Assembly: GCA_030390025.1 (NCBI GenBank)
Contig: CM059433.1
Span: 8,248,001-8,312,000 of the forward strand
DNA from: Squalus acanthias
Lineage: Eukaryota
Length of the DNA stretch: 64,000 nucleotides
Reading direction: 5' to 3'
Part shown: piece by piece, positions 23,826 through 35,700 of the stretch
Position numbering within the stretch: the stretch's first letter is position 1
Layout of the letters: every line of letters begins with the position of its first letter
Notes under the pieces: model-generated
The model's database searches: none
The model's input: the letters and a program-made list of their open reading frames with translations, nothing else
What the model was told of the DNA's origin: nothing
Program-made: the position numbers and the translations under genes

Positions 23826-25032
23826 TGTCCAAGCATCCATTACGACAGGTGGCACGCGGGCAATCGTCCTGCACCGGAAATGCGCCGCCCACCATCTTGG
23901 TGAAGGCTCCTGCACAGCCGCGCTGGGGCCCGTGCCTGAAGCAGTCATTAGGCCATGTGTACATGCAGATAGGGATGGCTGCCTCCCGAAAGGTAAGTTT
24001 TAATTTTGTTATTTACCGTATTGTTTTGCCTCCCGGCTCCACGTTAAATTTGCCGGCCACCGCCGGCCGGCGCTCATGCCAATCCCAGTTGCCTCCCCCC
24101 AGTGCCCACCTCCCGCAATTCAGCTGGCATCCGAGCCCGATGATCTTGCTGCCTCCCAGGCCACTCACTTCACCCACCATCCATAGCCTACGTTAGGACC
24201 GGATGTCACACCCTTGTTCCAGCAACTACAGGCCAGTCAGTTTGACCTGGGTGGTGGGGAAGCTTTTGGAAACGATCATCAGGGACAAAATTATCTGTCA
24301 CTTGGACAAGTGTGGATTAATTAAGGTAAGCCAGCACGGATTTGCTAAAGGTAAATTGTGTTTAACTAACTTGATTTGAATTTTTTGATGAGGTAACAGA
24401 GAGGGTTGATGAGGGCAATGCGGTTGATGTGTTGTACATGGACTTCCAAAAGGCGTTTGTTAAAGTGCCATATAATAGGCTTGCCAGCAAAGTTGAAGCC
24501 CATGGAATAAAAGGGACAATGGCAACATGGATACAGAATTGGCCAAGTGACAGGAAACAGAGAGTAGTGGTGGACGGTTGTTTTTCGGACTAGAGGAAGG
24601 TATACAGTGGTGTTCCCCAGGAGTCGGTACTAGGACCACTGCTTTTCTTGATATATTAATAACTTGGACTTGGGTGTACAGGGCACAATTTCAAAATTTG
24701 CAGATGACAAAAAAGTGAGGAGGATAGTGATAAACTTCAAGAGGATAGAGACAGGCTGGTGGAATGGGCAGACACATAGCAGATGAAATTTAAGAAAAGT
24801 GCGAAGTAATACATTTTGTTCGGAAGAATGAGGAGAGGCAATATAAACTAAAGGGTACAATCCTAAAGGAGGTGCATGAACAGAGAGACCTAGGGGTATA
24901 TGTGCACAAATCATTGAAGGTGGCAGGGCAGGTTGAGAAAGCTGTTAAAAAAGCATATGGGATCCTGGGCTTAATAAATAGAATTGAGAGGTCGCACAAC
25001 ACCAGGTTATAGTCCAACAGTTTTATTTTAAA

Positions 25033-25070
25033 TCACAAGCTTTCGGAGTTACAACTCCTTCGTCGGGTGA
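25033..25070 (-). ncRNA. Minimal hammerhead ribozyme motif (CCGACGA variant), inverted arm
   Basis: Exact reverse complement of 25824-25861. Confidence 0.65.
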
Positions 25071-25261
25071 AGTAAGGAGATACAGAATCGTCAAAGCATA
25101 TATAGATAGAGAACAATGCATGTGTAACTTACAATTGCAGACAACTAAATTCAATCATCCTGACTCTTTATCTGCCGAGGTGTGATAAAGTTAATCAGGT
25201 CAGCCAGGAAGGTACCACATCAAAGACATAGCAAGATACAACTGAGACAATGAGGTGGACC

Positions 25262-25513
25262 ATGCAGACACTGAGACAACGTATGAACGAGCACCGCGCA
25301 ACAATCGCCAGGCAGGATTGTTACCTCCCAGTCGGGGAACACTTCAGCAGTCAAGGACATTCAGCCTCGGATCTGCGGGTAAGCGTTCTCCAAGGCGGCC
25401 TTAGGAAAACACGACAACGCAAAATCATCGAGCAGAAACTGATAGCCAAGTTCCGCACTCATGAAGACGGTCTCAACCGGGATCTTGGGTTTATGTCACG
25501 ATACATGATGTGA
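25262..25513 (+). pseudogene. C-terminal part of the Penelope GIY-YIG endonuclease
   Basis: QTLRQRMNEHR...PVGEHF...H...RKIIEQKLIAKFRTHEDGLNRDLG (R..EH, E and GLN motifs). Confidence 0.85.
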
Positions 25514-25823
25514 TCCGGACTCGAGTCGTCGTTGGCTTGTTCACAGATGTGATTCCCAGTAAAAAAGTAAAAATTTTAAAGTTAATCGTTTTACATACAG
25601 ACGGCAGCTTTTGACACGTTAGACCCCATGCGATTCCACCTCATTGTCTCAGTTGTATCTTGCTATGTCTTTGATGTGGTACCTTCCTGGCTGACCTGAT
25701 TAACTTTATCACACCTCGGCAGATAAAGAGTCAGGATGATTGAATTTAGTTGTCTGCAATTGTAAGTTACACATGCATTGTTCTCTATCTATATATGCTT
25801 TGACGATTCTGTATCTCCTTACT

Positions 25824-25861
25824 TCACCCGACGAAGGAGTTGTAACTCCGAAAGCTTGTGA
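25824..25861 (+). ncRNA. Minimal hammerhead ribozyme motif (CCGACGA variant)
   Basis: tcac-CCGACGA-A-GGAGTT-gt-AACTCC-GAAA-GCTT-gtga. Confidence 0.65.
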
Positions 25862-28012
25862 TTTAAAATAAAACTGTTGGACTATAACCTGGTGTTGTGC
25901 GACCTCTCAATTTTGTCCACCCCAGTCCAACACCGGCATCTCCGCATCATGATTAATAAATAGAGGCATAGGGTACAAAAGCAAGGAAGTTATGATGAAC
26001 CTTTATAAAATACTGGTTCGGCCTCAACTCGAGTATTGTGTCCAATTCTGGGCACCACACTTTAGGAAGGATGTGAAGGTCTTAGAGAAGGTGCAGGAAA
26101 GATTTACAAGAATGGCTCCAGGGATGAGGCATTTCAGTTACGTGGATAGACTGGAGAAGCTGGGATTGTTCTCCTTAGAGCAGAGAAGGTTGAAAGGAGA
26201 TTTGAGAGAGGTGTTCAAAATCATGAGGGGTCTTGACAGAGTAGATAGAGAGAAACTGTTCCCATTGACGGCAGGGTCGAGAACCAGAGGACACAGATTT
26301 AAGGTGATTGGCAGAAGAACCAAAGGCAACATGAGGGAAAACCTTTTTACGCAGCGAGTGGTTAGGATCTGGAATGCACTGTCTGAGAGGATGGTGGAGG
26401 CAGATTCAATCGTGGCTTTTAAAATGGAATTGGATAAATACCTGAAGGAAACAAATGTGCAGGGCTACAGGGAAAGGGCGGGGGAGTGGGACTAGCTGAA
26501 GTGCTCTTGCAGAGAGCCGGCACGGGCTGGACGGGCCGAACGGCCTCCTTCTGTGCTGTCACCAGTCTATGATTCTAGATGTGACCATTTTTATCTCTAT
26601 CCTACCCCAAGCCAACGGCACGGTCCCCGGCAGTCAGGTAAGTGGTTAGGAGATGTGTCGGGAATCCATCGCGGTCGGGCGAGGGGGGAGGGAAGGCCAG
26701 GACGGGAAGGCCTGAGGTTTCTCCCAGCCCACAAGGGAACCCCCCCAAAAAAAACAAGGTTCTCAGCTTTCTGGGCCTCTTCCGACCCTGCTCCTCTTTG
26801 TCACTAGGTTGACCTGGCGGGCCAGGCATAATGGCTCCCCAGCACAGCCCTGTGATTAAAATTGCAGTTTGGCCTCGATTATGTCATTGGAGCCTAATCT
26901 GCATATTTTAAGCAGGATCCTGCTGCCTTATGGGCAGGGATACAATTGACGTACTGTACTAGATGGCAGGCTTATTCAATAGGTTGACTGCTCTGAGAAG
27001 CTATTCCTGAAATTAAGTTCGGCTTATAATGTTATCCTCTGATTGTTCCATCATTGTTTCGCTCCATACGCTTCTCTGCATTTATCATTATTCTAATCAT
27101 GCTCCATTTTCCAATGAGGACAGACATAGCTTCCTTAGTTCTGGAATCCTCTTGGTTGCCCTTCTATGAAGCTTCTTTTTTCCCCTTGTTAAATTTCTCT
27201 CCTCCCTTTCTCTGCTGAAGATTCTAGCTCCTTGCTCGGGTACAATTTTGCAGGCGCCAGTTACCGTTTCTCTGTTTAAATTGATGCTGCTAATTTGTAG
27301 GGGGCCAATAACGGTGCCCATTGTATGGCTGTACATCGGGACCACCTCTGCAACACCAGATCACGAGCCCCAGGCAGGTCAAAGGGGCAGAAGTGCCCTG
27401 ATGATCCAGAAATTGGCATCTTGGTAGGCCTTGGTAGAGATGAAGACAAACACAAGAAGATATGGGGGGTGACGGGGGTGGTGGGGGGGGTGCGGTGGTG
27501 GGGTGGGAAAGGAGAGGAGTCCACTATAGGATACTCTCCCTCCATGGGTGAACCTCAGGGCTGTTACCGTCACTTCCCCAGGCCTGTGGTCATATCCTCC
27601 GGATACCAAGGCTCCATTTTGCGAAGCCTCCGATTACATGTGGCGGGTGGATAAAGGCAGGCCAGCAGCAGAAGAGAGAATTACTGGTGAGGCAAAGACT
27701 GTCCGCCTGCATTTTCCTTCATCCTCCGCCATAATTCTGCCTAATTTCAGGCGGGATCGCGGTACATCAACTTGTTGAAAGTAGATACTCTGTTTGTCTG
27801 TCTGATCCAACGCGCTCCTGGCCAACCACCCATCCTCCATCCTCCATAAACCAGCTCATCCAAAACTCTGCTGCCTGTATCCTATCCCGCACCAAGTCTC
27901 GTTCACCCGTCGCCCCTATGCTTGCTGACCTGCATTTGCTCCCAGTCCCCCAAAGCTTCAATTTATAAATCTCATCCTTGTGTTTAAATCCTTTCATGGC
28001 CTCCACCTTCAC

Positions 28013-28545
28013 TAGAACGAGGGGTCACAGTCTCAGGGTAGGACATTTAGGACTGAGGTGAGGAGAAATTTCTTCACTCAGAGGGTGGTGAACCTGTGGA
28101 ATTCTCTACCACAGAAGGCTGTGGAGGTTCAGTCACTGAATATATTTAAGAAGGAGATAGATAGTGACATGAATCTGGTCATTCATGTGGAAATGACTTA
28201 TGACATAATACTGGGTGGCCTGCTGGTGGCGCTGTCCAGGGAGAGTATAAATACTCGGGCATGGGCCCAGCTTGCTCAGGACATTCTTTAACAGGAACCA
28301 GTGAAGGACACAACTAGATCTCCATGTTGTAAAACAGTTGACTAAAGCTTTGTTTAACGCTTAGACCAAGTGCCTAGTAGTTTTCTTACGTCAGATAGAT
28401 TTCTAGACACAAAAGGCATCAAGGGGTATGGGGAGAGAGCGGGAATATGGTATTGAGATAGAGGATCAGCCATGATCATATTGAATGGCGGAGCAGGCTC
28501 GAAGGGCCTACTCCTGCTCCTGTTTTTCTATGTTTCTATGTTTCT
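28013..28545 (+). mobile_element. CR1 3' fragment containing a solo LTR
   Basis: RRNFFTQRVVNLWNSLPQKAVE. Same subfamily as 52804-53200. tttctatg tail. Confidence 0.9.
28165..28393 (+). mobile_element. Solo LTR (229 bp)
   Basis: TGAC...GTCA termini. 5-bp TSD gatag at 28160-28164 and 28394-28398. TATAAA box. Homologous to 46312-46526. Confidence 0.88.
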
Positions 28546-29059
28546 CTGTAACCTCCTCCAGCCCTACAATGCCCCCTACCCCTGGACTCTCCTTTCTTCT
28601 GACTGACTATGATCTCTTGTGCACTCCCAGCTCCCTTTGTCCCCCGCTCCCATTGGCAGCCATGCTCCCTCAGCCCTCTCTGTTTCCCTCTCTTCCTTTA
28701 AAGGCCTTCCTTATAGACTACCTCTTTGACCAAGCTTTTGGTCAGCCCTTCTACGACCTCCTTCTTTGGCTCAGGATCTATTTTTCTGATTATGCATCTG
28801 CAAAGCAACTTAAGGCATTTTTCTACATTAAAGGCACTATATAAATGCATGTGGCTGGTGTCTCCTCTTGCAGGCGTACAGTTCATAGGTTGCATCAGAG
28901 ATATGAGTTGGAATTCTGGTGGGTGACCCCTTTGCATCAGTCCCACCTCCATTTTTGATGCCAAGCTGCAAGGGGGTGAATGCGCCAACTGCCCATCCCC
29001 ACAGGGAATCCCAACGCAAAGTCAAACAGGGCGGAGACCCAATTTAACCAGGATCTAGC

Positions 29060-29260
29060 AGAGCAGGGGAGTTCACCTCGGTGTCCTGGCCAATATTTAT
29101 CCCTCAACCAACATCACTGAAAACCGAATTATCTGGTCATTTCTCACATTACTGTTGGTGGGAGCTTGCTGTGCGCAAATTGGCTGCCGCGTTTCCCACA
29201 TTACAACAGTGACTACACCTCAAAAGGACTTCATTGGCTTTCAAACATCCTGAGGTCTTT
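29060..29260 (+). mobile_element. Deu-domain SINE 3' fragment
   Basis: gagcaggggagtt...ggccaatatttatccctcaaccaac...gtgcgcaaattggctgcc. Confidence 0.85.
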
Positions 29261-29952
29261 CTTTATTATCTCCATAGATGTCCCCAAAACTGCACATCCT
29301 GCCTGACATATTCTCAAATGGCTGCATGAACTACTGATACTGAGCTCATAAACTGCATTGATAGGCAGGCCCTGTGAGGTTCAAGTCACTGGACTCGAAA
29401 CAGGAGGTTGTGCCTCCTCCAATTCCACTCGCCCCCTGCTGCTCCTCACTTGTGCTTTGCACTTCACCCAGGGCAACCCCCCCTTGCAACTCACTAACCG
29501 ACCCCTATGGCGTGTTTGTATCTGTGTCGGCGCTTGCCACTGTAAGAGTGGGTGGCGATGGGTGCCATGAGGTGCGAGGGTGAGTCTGCACTGTGGGCTC
29601 TGATGATGGCAGTAAATCAGCCTCTGGAACAAACATTATGTAGCAAAACATTCAGCTGTTTTACGTCGCACTGCTGTTGTGTACGCCTGTGTTTGAAGGA
29701 GTGAATGAGTGAGTGAGCAAAGAGCAAAAAAAAAATGCCGGCTCGGAATGCTACAACTCCCGACATAACCACACTGTGGGTGTACCTTCACCACATGGAC
29801 TACCACAGTTTAAGAAGGCGGCCCACCGTCACCTTCTCAAGGGCAACTAGTGCCAGCCTTGCCAGGGATGCCCGCGTACCGAAGAATGTTTTTTTTCTCC
29901 AAAAAGTAACAGTCAAAATGTTATTCCACGGAGGTTACCCCTGAAAGACTAC

Positions 29953-30574
29953 TTCAGCCAAAAGAACACTAATTCTGAATCAAGCATGTTGGACGTTTTA
30001 GGAACAGCAAAAGGCCATTACTCCCAACAAGCCCACCTCTGTTTGATTGATCTCAAGCCCATCTTCTCACCATATCCTTCAATTCCATCTCTCAGACTGC
30101 CCACAATGTTACAGTTCTGCTTGCCATCTTCTGTGGTCAAATGTTGTAGCAACACTATTACACTAAAACTGAGTTAATGAGTCTGTAAGGAGTACTCATT
30201 TGGGTAAGGGACAGTTGGGTGAAGGTTGTTTTTGTTAAATTATGGTGTCTAGCACATGCGACCACAATTTCTATAGATTAGTTGTACAGACAGGGCTTCC
30301 AGCTGCACGGAACAGTTTTGCACTGTGAAGGCAGTTGGCATTTCTGCTGATACAGGCCTACTTCACAGCTGTATTTTCTGTGCCACTGGCTAAACCAAAA
30401 CAATATGTTAGTTAGGAATAACTAACAGAAGATTTCAGCCAAAAGAACTCTAATTCTGAATCAAGAACGTTGGACGTTTTAGGAACAGCAAAAGGCCATT
30501 ACTCCCAACAAGCCCACCTCTGTTTGATTGATCTCATGCCCATCTTCTCACCATATCCTTCAATTCCATCTCTC
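29953..30574. repeat. 141-bp direct repeat pair (29953-30093 and 30434-30574) around a 340-bp spacer
   Basis: ttcagccaaaagaac...caattccatctctc occurs twice with about 4 differences. Confidence 0.92.
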
Positions 30575-31054
30575 TCCAGAAACACATCTAACTGCTGCTT
30601 TCGGGAGGGGTTAAAATTGAGGCATTGTTTTCAACGCCATCTGTGGACTCCGCTCCCTCACCAGTAATTGCATCTGGATCCTGGCCAATTATTTAGACTG
30701 AACCAGACTGTGCAAAACCTTGCTGTTCTGTTTGACCCAGGACTGAGGTTCACACCCCCACCCTATCCATCAGGGGACTGCCTGTTTCTGCCTGTGCAGT
30801 ATTGCCCACTTCTGCACCAGCCTCGGCCCCATAACAACTAAAATCCTTATTCATGCTTTTGCTACCTCTCGACTTGATTATTTCTAACGCCTCCTTTCTG
30901 ACTTCTCATTCCCCACGAACTCCAACATTTCCAGAATGCAACTGCCCTTGCTGTCCTTGCTGACCTATACAGGCTCCCTGTTCTCCAACCAGTTCTGGTC
31001 ACCACACTTTAGGAAGGATGTGAAGGCCCTTGAGAGGGTGCAGAGGAGATTTTA

Positions 31055-31395
31055 CATAGGATTCCATGGGATATACGGCACAGAAACAGGCCATTCGGCC
31101 CAACCAGTCCATGCCGGCATTTATGCTCCACACGAGCCTCCTCCCGTCTTTCCTCATCTAACTCTATCAGTATAACCCTCTATTCCCTTCTCCCTCACAT
31201 GTTTGTCCAGCCTCCCCTTAAATGCATCCATACTATTCGCTTCAACCACTCTCTGTGGTAGCGAGTTCCACATTCTCACCACTCTCTGGGTAAAGAAGTT
31301 TCTTCTGAATTCCCTATTGGATTTCTTGGTGACTATCTTATATTGTTGGCCTCTAGTTATGCTCATCCCCACAAGTGGAAACATTCTCTCTGTAT
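31055..31395 (-). mobile_element. CR1 3' fragment
   Basis: MFPLVG...RRNFFTQRVVRMWNSLPQRVVEA. Confidence 0.88.
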
Positions 31396-31544
31396 CCAGG
31401 GAGAAGCCAGGGAGTAAACAAGTGACCTAACATGACTAGGTGTCGTGCTTCATTGACTTGGTGGTCATCAAAGGTCATTAGGGCTGTGTGAGGTGATTGA
31501 CACCAGAAGGGTCGAACTCATCAAACGAAGATTTACCAGAATAG

Positions 31545-32665
31545 TGATTTGATAGAGGTGTACAAGATTATTTCGGGTTTGAATAGGCTAGACGGGGAAA
31601 GGCTGTTCCCACTAGTTGATGGTACAAGGACTAGGGGACACAGATTTAAGGTTTTGGGCAAGAGATACAGGGGGGATGTGAGGAAAAACTTTTTTATGCA
31701 GCGAGTGGTGAGGACCTGGAACTCGCTGCCGACGGAAGTGGTGGAAACGGAGACACTCACTGGGCCGAAAATTGATCCCGCGACGCGAGAGTACGCACTG
31801 CGTACTCTCGCATATTCCCACTCCAATTGCCGGTTTTCTGCATGCCCTGCGCATGCGCTGAAAACCGGCAATTGCTCTTCTGAAAAGGGGGCGGGGCCTA
31901 GGTGCATCACGTGCGCGCTACAGGCTGCGCGCACGCTGTGCACTTCATGCTTTGGACGCGCAGGTAAGTAGGGAAGATTTTGGAAATGTAAAAAGGAGGA
32001 GTAAGACCCGCTTTTAAGAAGGTAAGTAGTGAATTAAGTATTTTTTTGAATTTTTTTTTACAGGTATATCTTTTTTAGAGACTTTAAAGACAGGTAAGTT
32101 TATTTTTATAACTTTTTAAAAGATTTTAAATTTTTTCAAAAATTTAATTTTTTATTTAAAATGGTTAATTTAATTAACTATACTTATTTTATTAATGTGA
32201 TGGGTTTTTTTTAAAATTTAATTGAGGTTTAGCTGTTATTTTGGGAGGGTGTAAGATTCATAGATTTCACAGCCATGCTGTGAGACTTATGAATGGAAGA
32301 TGGTGTGCTGCCATTGGCTCTAACTGAGTCACGTGATCCCACAGCTCGCACGAATTCACTACGCAGCTGGGATACGCAAGCCCAGCACAGCTGATGTCTG
32401 GAACATCAAGTTCGTGCGAGCTGGATCTGAAAAAGCATAAGCGAGGTGAGACATCGCGGGGAAGGCCTACCCCCGCGGGAACAGAGCGAGATCAATTTCT
32501 GGGCCAATGTTTTCAAGGGGAGACTGGATAGGCACTTGAGGGAAATAAACTTGCAGGGCTACGGGGATAGAGCGGGGGAATGGGACTGACTGGATTGCTC
32601 TGCAGAGAGCCGGCACGGACTCGATTGGCTGAATGGCCTCCTTCTGTGCCGTTATGACTCTATGA
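31545..32665 (+). mobile_element. CR1 3' fragment split by a MITE
   Basis: IEVYKIISGLNRLDGERLFPL...KNFFMQRVVRTWNSLP; resumes at 32506. Confidence 0.88.
31762..32505. mobile_element. MITE; inverted sister copy of 19240-19963
   Basis: 16-bp imperfect TIR gggccgaaaattgatc / gatcaatttctgggcc. 3-bp flanks act / aat. Cleanly interrupts CR1. Confidence 0.9.
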
Positions 32666-32799
32666 CTATGACTATATTAAACTTAAACTTAGTCTCTCGC
32701 CCTCATGTTCATGACCTTGCTACACCCTATCACTCCAATCTCCTCAAGTTTGAAACCCCCTGCACCTTTCTGACTCTGGCCTTTTGTACATCCTTTGGA

Positions 32800-35700
32800 T
32801 GTCAGCCTTGGCTCAATGGTAGAACTCTCACCTCTGAGACTTGAGCACATAATCTAGGCTGACACTTCAGTGCAGCACTGTGGGAGTACTGCACTGTCAG
32901 AGGTGATGGAAATCTGCCGTCCTTACGCGGTCTGGCCGATATGTGACTCCAGACCCACAGCAATGTGGTTGACTCTTAACTGCCCTCTGAAATGGCCTAG
33001 CAAGCCACTCAGTTGTAAAAAAACACTACGAAAAACAATAAGATTAAAACTGGACAGACCACCCGGCATTGACCTCGGCACCGGCTATGGACACGACAAA
33101 GGCACACCCAGCCCAGTCGACCCTGCAAAGTCCTCCTCACCAACATCTGAGGACTTGTGTCAAAATTGGGAGAGCTGTCCCACAGACTGGTCAAGCAACA
33201 GCCTGACATAGTCATACTCACAGAATCATACCTTTCAGCCAATGTCCCAAACTCTTCCATCACCATCCCTGGGTATGTCCTGTCCCACCGGCAGGACAGA
33301 CCCACCAGGGGTGGTGGCACAGAGGTATACAGTCGAGCAGGAGTGGCCCTGGGAGTCCTCAACATTGACTCCGGACCCCATGAGTCTCATGGCTTCAGGT
33401 CAAGCATGGGCAAGGAAACCTCCTGCTGATTACCACCTACCGCCCTCCCTCAGCTGATGAATCAGTACTCCTCCATGTTGAACGCCACTTGGAAGAAGCA
33501 CTGAGAGTAGCAAGGGCACCGAATGTAGTCTGGGCGGGGGACTTCAATGTCCATCACCAAGAGTGGCTCGGTAGCACCACTACTGACCGAGCTGGCCGAG
33601 TCCTGAAGGACATAGCTGCCAGACTGGGCCTGCGACAAGTGGTGAGAGAACCAACACGAGGGGAATACCTACTTGACCTCGTCCTCACCAATCTACCTGT
33701 CGCAGATGCATCTGCCCATGACGACATCGGCAGCAGTGACTACCGCACAGTCATTGTGGAGATGAAGTCCCGTCTTCACACTGAGGACACCCTCCATCGT
33801 GTTGTGTGGCACTACCACAGTGTTAAATGGGATAGATTCAGAACAGATCTAGCAGCTCAAAACTGGGCATCCATGAGGCGCTGTGGGCCATCAGCAGCAG
33901 CAGAAATGTATTCCACCACGATCTGTAACCTCATGGCCTGGCATATCCCTCACTCTACCAATACCATCAAGCCAGGGGACCAACCCTGGTTCAATAAGGA
34001 GTGTAGAAGAGCATGCCAGGAGCAGCACCAGGCGTACCTAAAAATGCGGTGCCAACCTGGGGAAGCTGCAACACAGGACTACATGCATGCTAAAAAGCAG
34101 AAGCAGCATGCTATAGACAGGGCTAAGCGATCCCACAATCAACGGATCAGATCAAAGCGCTGCAGTCCTACCACATCCAGTCATGAATGGTGGTGGACCA
34201 TTAAACAACTAACGGGAGGAGGAGGCTCCGTGAATATCCTCATCCTCAATGATGGTGGAGCCCAGCACGTGAGTGCAAAAGACAAAGCTGAAGCGTTTGC
34301 AACCATCTTCAGCCAGAAGTGCCGAGTGGATGATCCATATCGGCCTCCTCCTGAGGTCTCCACCATCACAGAAGCCAGTCTTCAGCCAATTCGATTCGCT
34401 CCATCTGATATCAAGAAACGGCTGAGCGCACTGGATACAGCAAAGGATGTGGGCCCCGACAACATCCCAGCTGTTGTGCTGAAGACTTGTGCTCCAGAAC
34501 TAGTCGCGCCTCTAGCCAAGCTGTTCCAGTACAGCTACAACACTGGCATCTATCCGACAATGTGGAAAACTGCCCAGGTATGTCCTGTCCACTAAAAACA
34601 GGACTAATCCAATCCGGCCAATTACCTCCCCATCAGTCTTCTCTCAATCATCAGCAAAGTGATGGAAGGTGTCATTGACAGTTACTTACCAATAACCTGC
34701 TCACTGATATCCAATTTGGGTTCCACCAGGACCACTTGGCTCCAGATCTCATTGCAGCCTTGGTCCAAACATGGACAAAAGAGCTGTATTCCAGAGGTGA
34801 GGTGAGAGTGACTGCACTTGACATCAAGGCAGTATTTGACCGAGTGTGGCATCAAGGAGCCCTAGTAAAACTGAAGTCAATGGGAATCGGGGGGAAAACT
34901 CTCCAGTGGCTGGAGTCATACCTAGCACAAAGGAAGATGGTTGTGGTGGTTGGAGGTCAATCATCACAGCCCCAGAACATCGCTGCAGGAGTTCCTCAGG
35001 GCAGTGTCCCAGGCCCAACCATCTTCAGCTGCTTCATGTTCGCTGATGACTGCACAGTGTTCAGTGCCATTTGCAACTCCTCAGATAATGAAGCAGTCCA
35101 TGCCCGCATGCTACAAGACCTGGACGACGTTCAGGCTTGGGCTGATAAGTGAGAGGTAACATTCGTGCCACACAAGTGCCAGGCAATGACCATCTCCAAC
35201 AAGCGAGCGTCTAAGCACCACCGCTTGACATTCAACGGCATTACCATCGCCGAATCCCCCACCATCAACATCCTGGGGGTCACCATTGACCAGAAACTTA
35301 AGTGGACCAGCCACATAAATACTGTGGCAACAAGAGCAGGTCAGAGACTGGGAACTCTGCGGTGAGTGTCTCACCTCCTGACTCCCCAAAGCCTTTCCAC
35401 CATCTACAAGGCTCAAGTAAGGAGTGTGATGGAATACTCTCCACTTGCCTGGATGAGTGCAGCTCCAACAACACTCAAGAAGCTCGACACCATCCAAGAC
35501 AAAGCAGCCTGCTTGATTGGCACCCCATCCACCACCTTAAACATTCACTCCCTCCACCACCAGTGCACCATGGCTGCAGTGTGTACCATCTACAAGATGC
35601 ACTGCAGCAACTCGCCAAGGCTTCTTCGGCAGCACCTCCCAAACCCGCGACCCCTACCACCTAGAAGGACAAGGGCAGCAGGCGCATGGGAACACCACCA

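Larger units (their letters stand above)
24982..25952 (+). mobile_element. Penelope-like retroelement (family A), 5'-truncated, with inverted pseudo-LTR
   Basis: 278-bp inverted arms at 24982-25259 and 25635-25912 enclose a GIY-YIG C-terminus. TSD ttaataaataga at 24971-24982 and 25953-25964. Confidence 0.92.
24222..26578 (+). mobile_element. CR1 LINE, 5'-truncated, interrupted by a Penelope-like element
   Basis: RT motifs (gacttccaaaaggcgttt, tttgcagatgaca). C-terminal ORF 25992..26495 RPQLEYCVQFWAPH...ENLFTQRVVRIWNAL. Confidence 0.93.
27805..28850 (+). mobile_element. Degraded L2 3' fragment (27805-28010 and 28545-28850) split by CR1
   Basis: atccaaaactctgctgcc...ccaagtctcgttcacc...ctacctctttgaccaagcttttgg...ctatataaatgca. 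Confidence 0.78.

Noticed and set aside
27097..27200. Possible exon in unique-looking DNA
   Set aside because: The minus strand reads RRATKRIPELRKL, an old CR1 remnant.
33489..34595. Intact 368-aa host gene
   Set aside because: Fragment of a LINE ORF flanked by frameshifts and stops.
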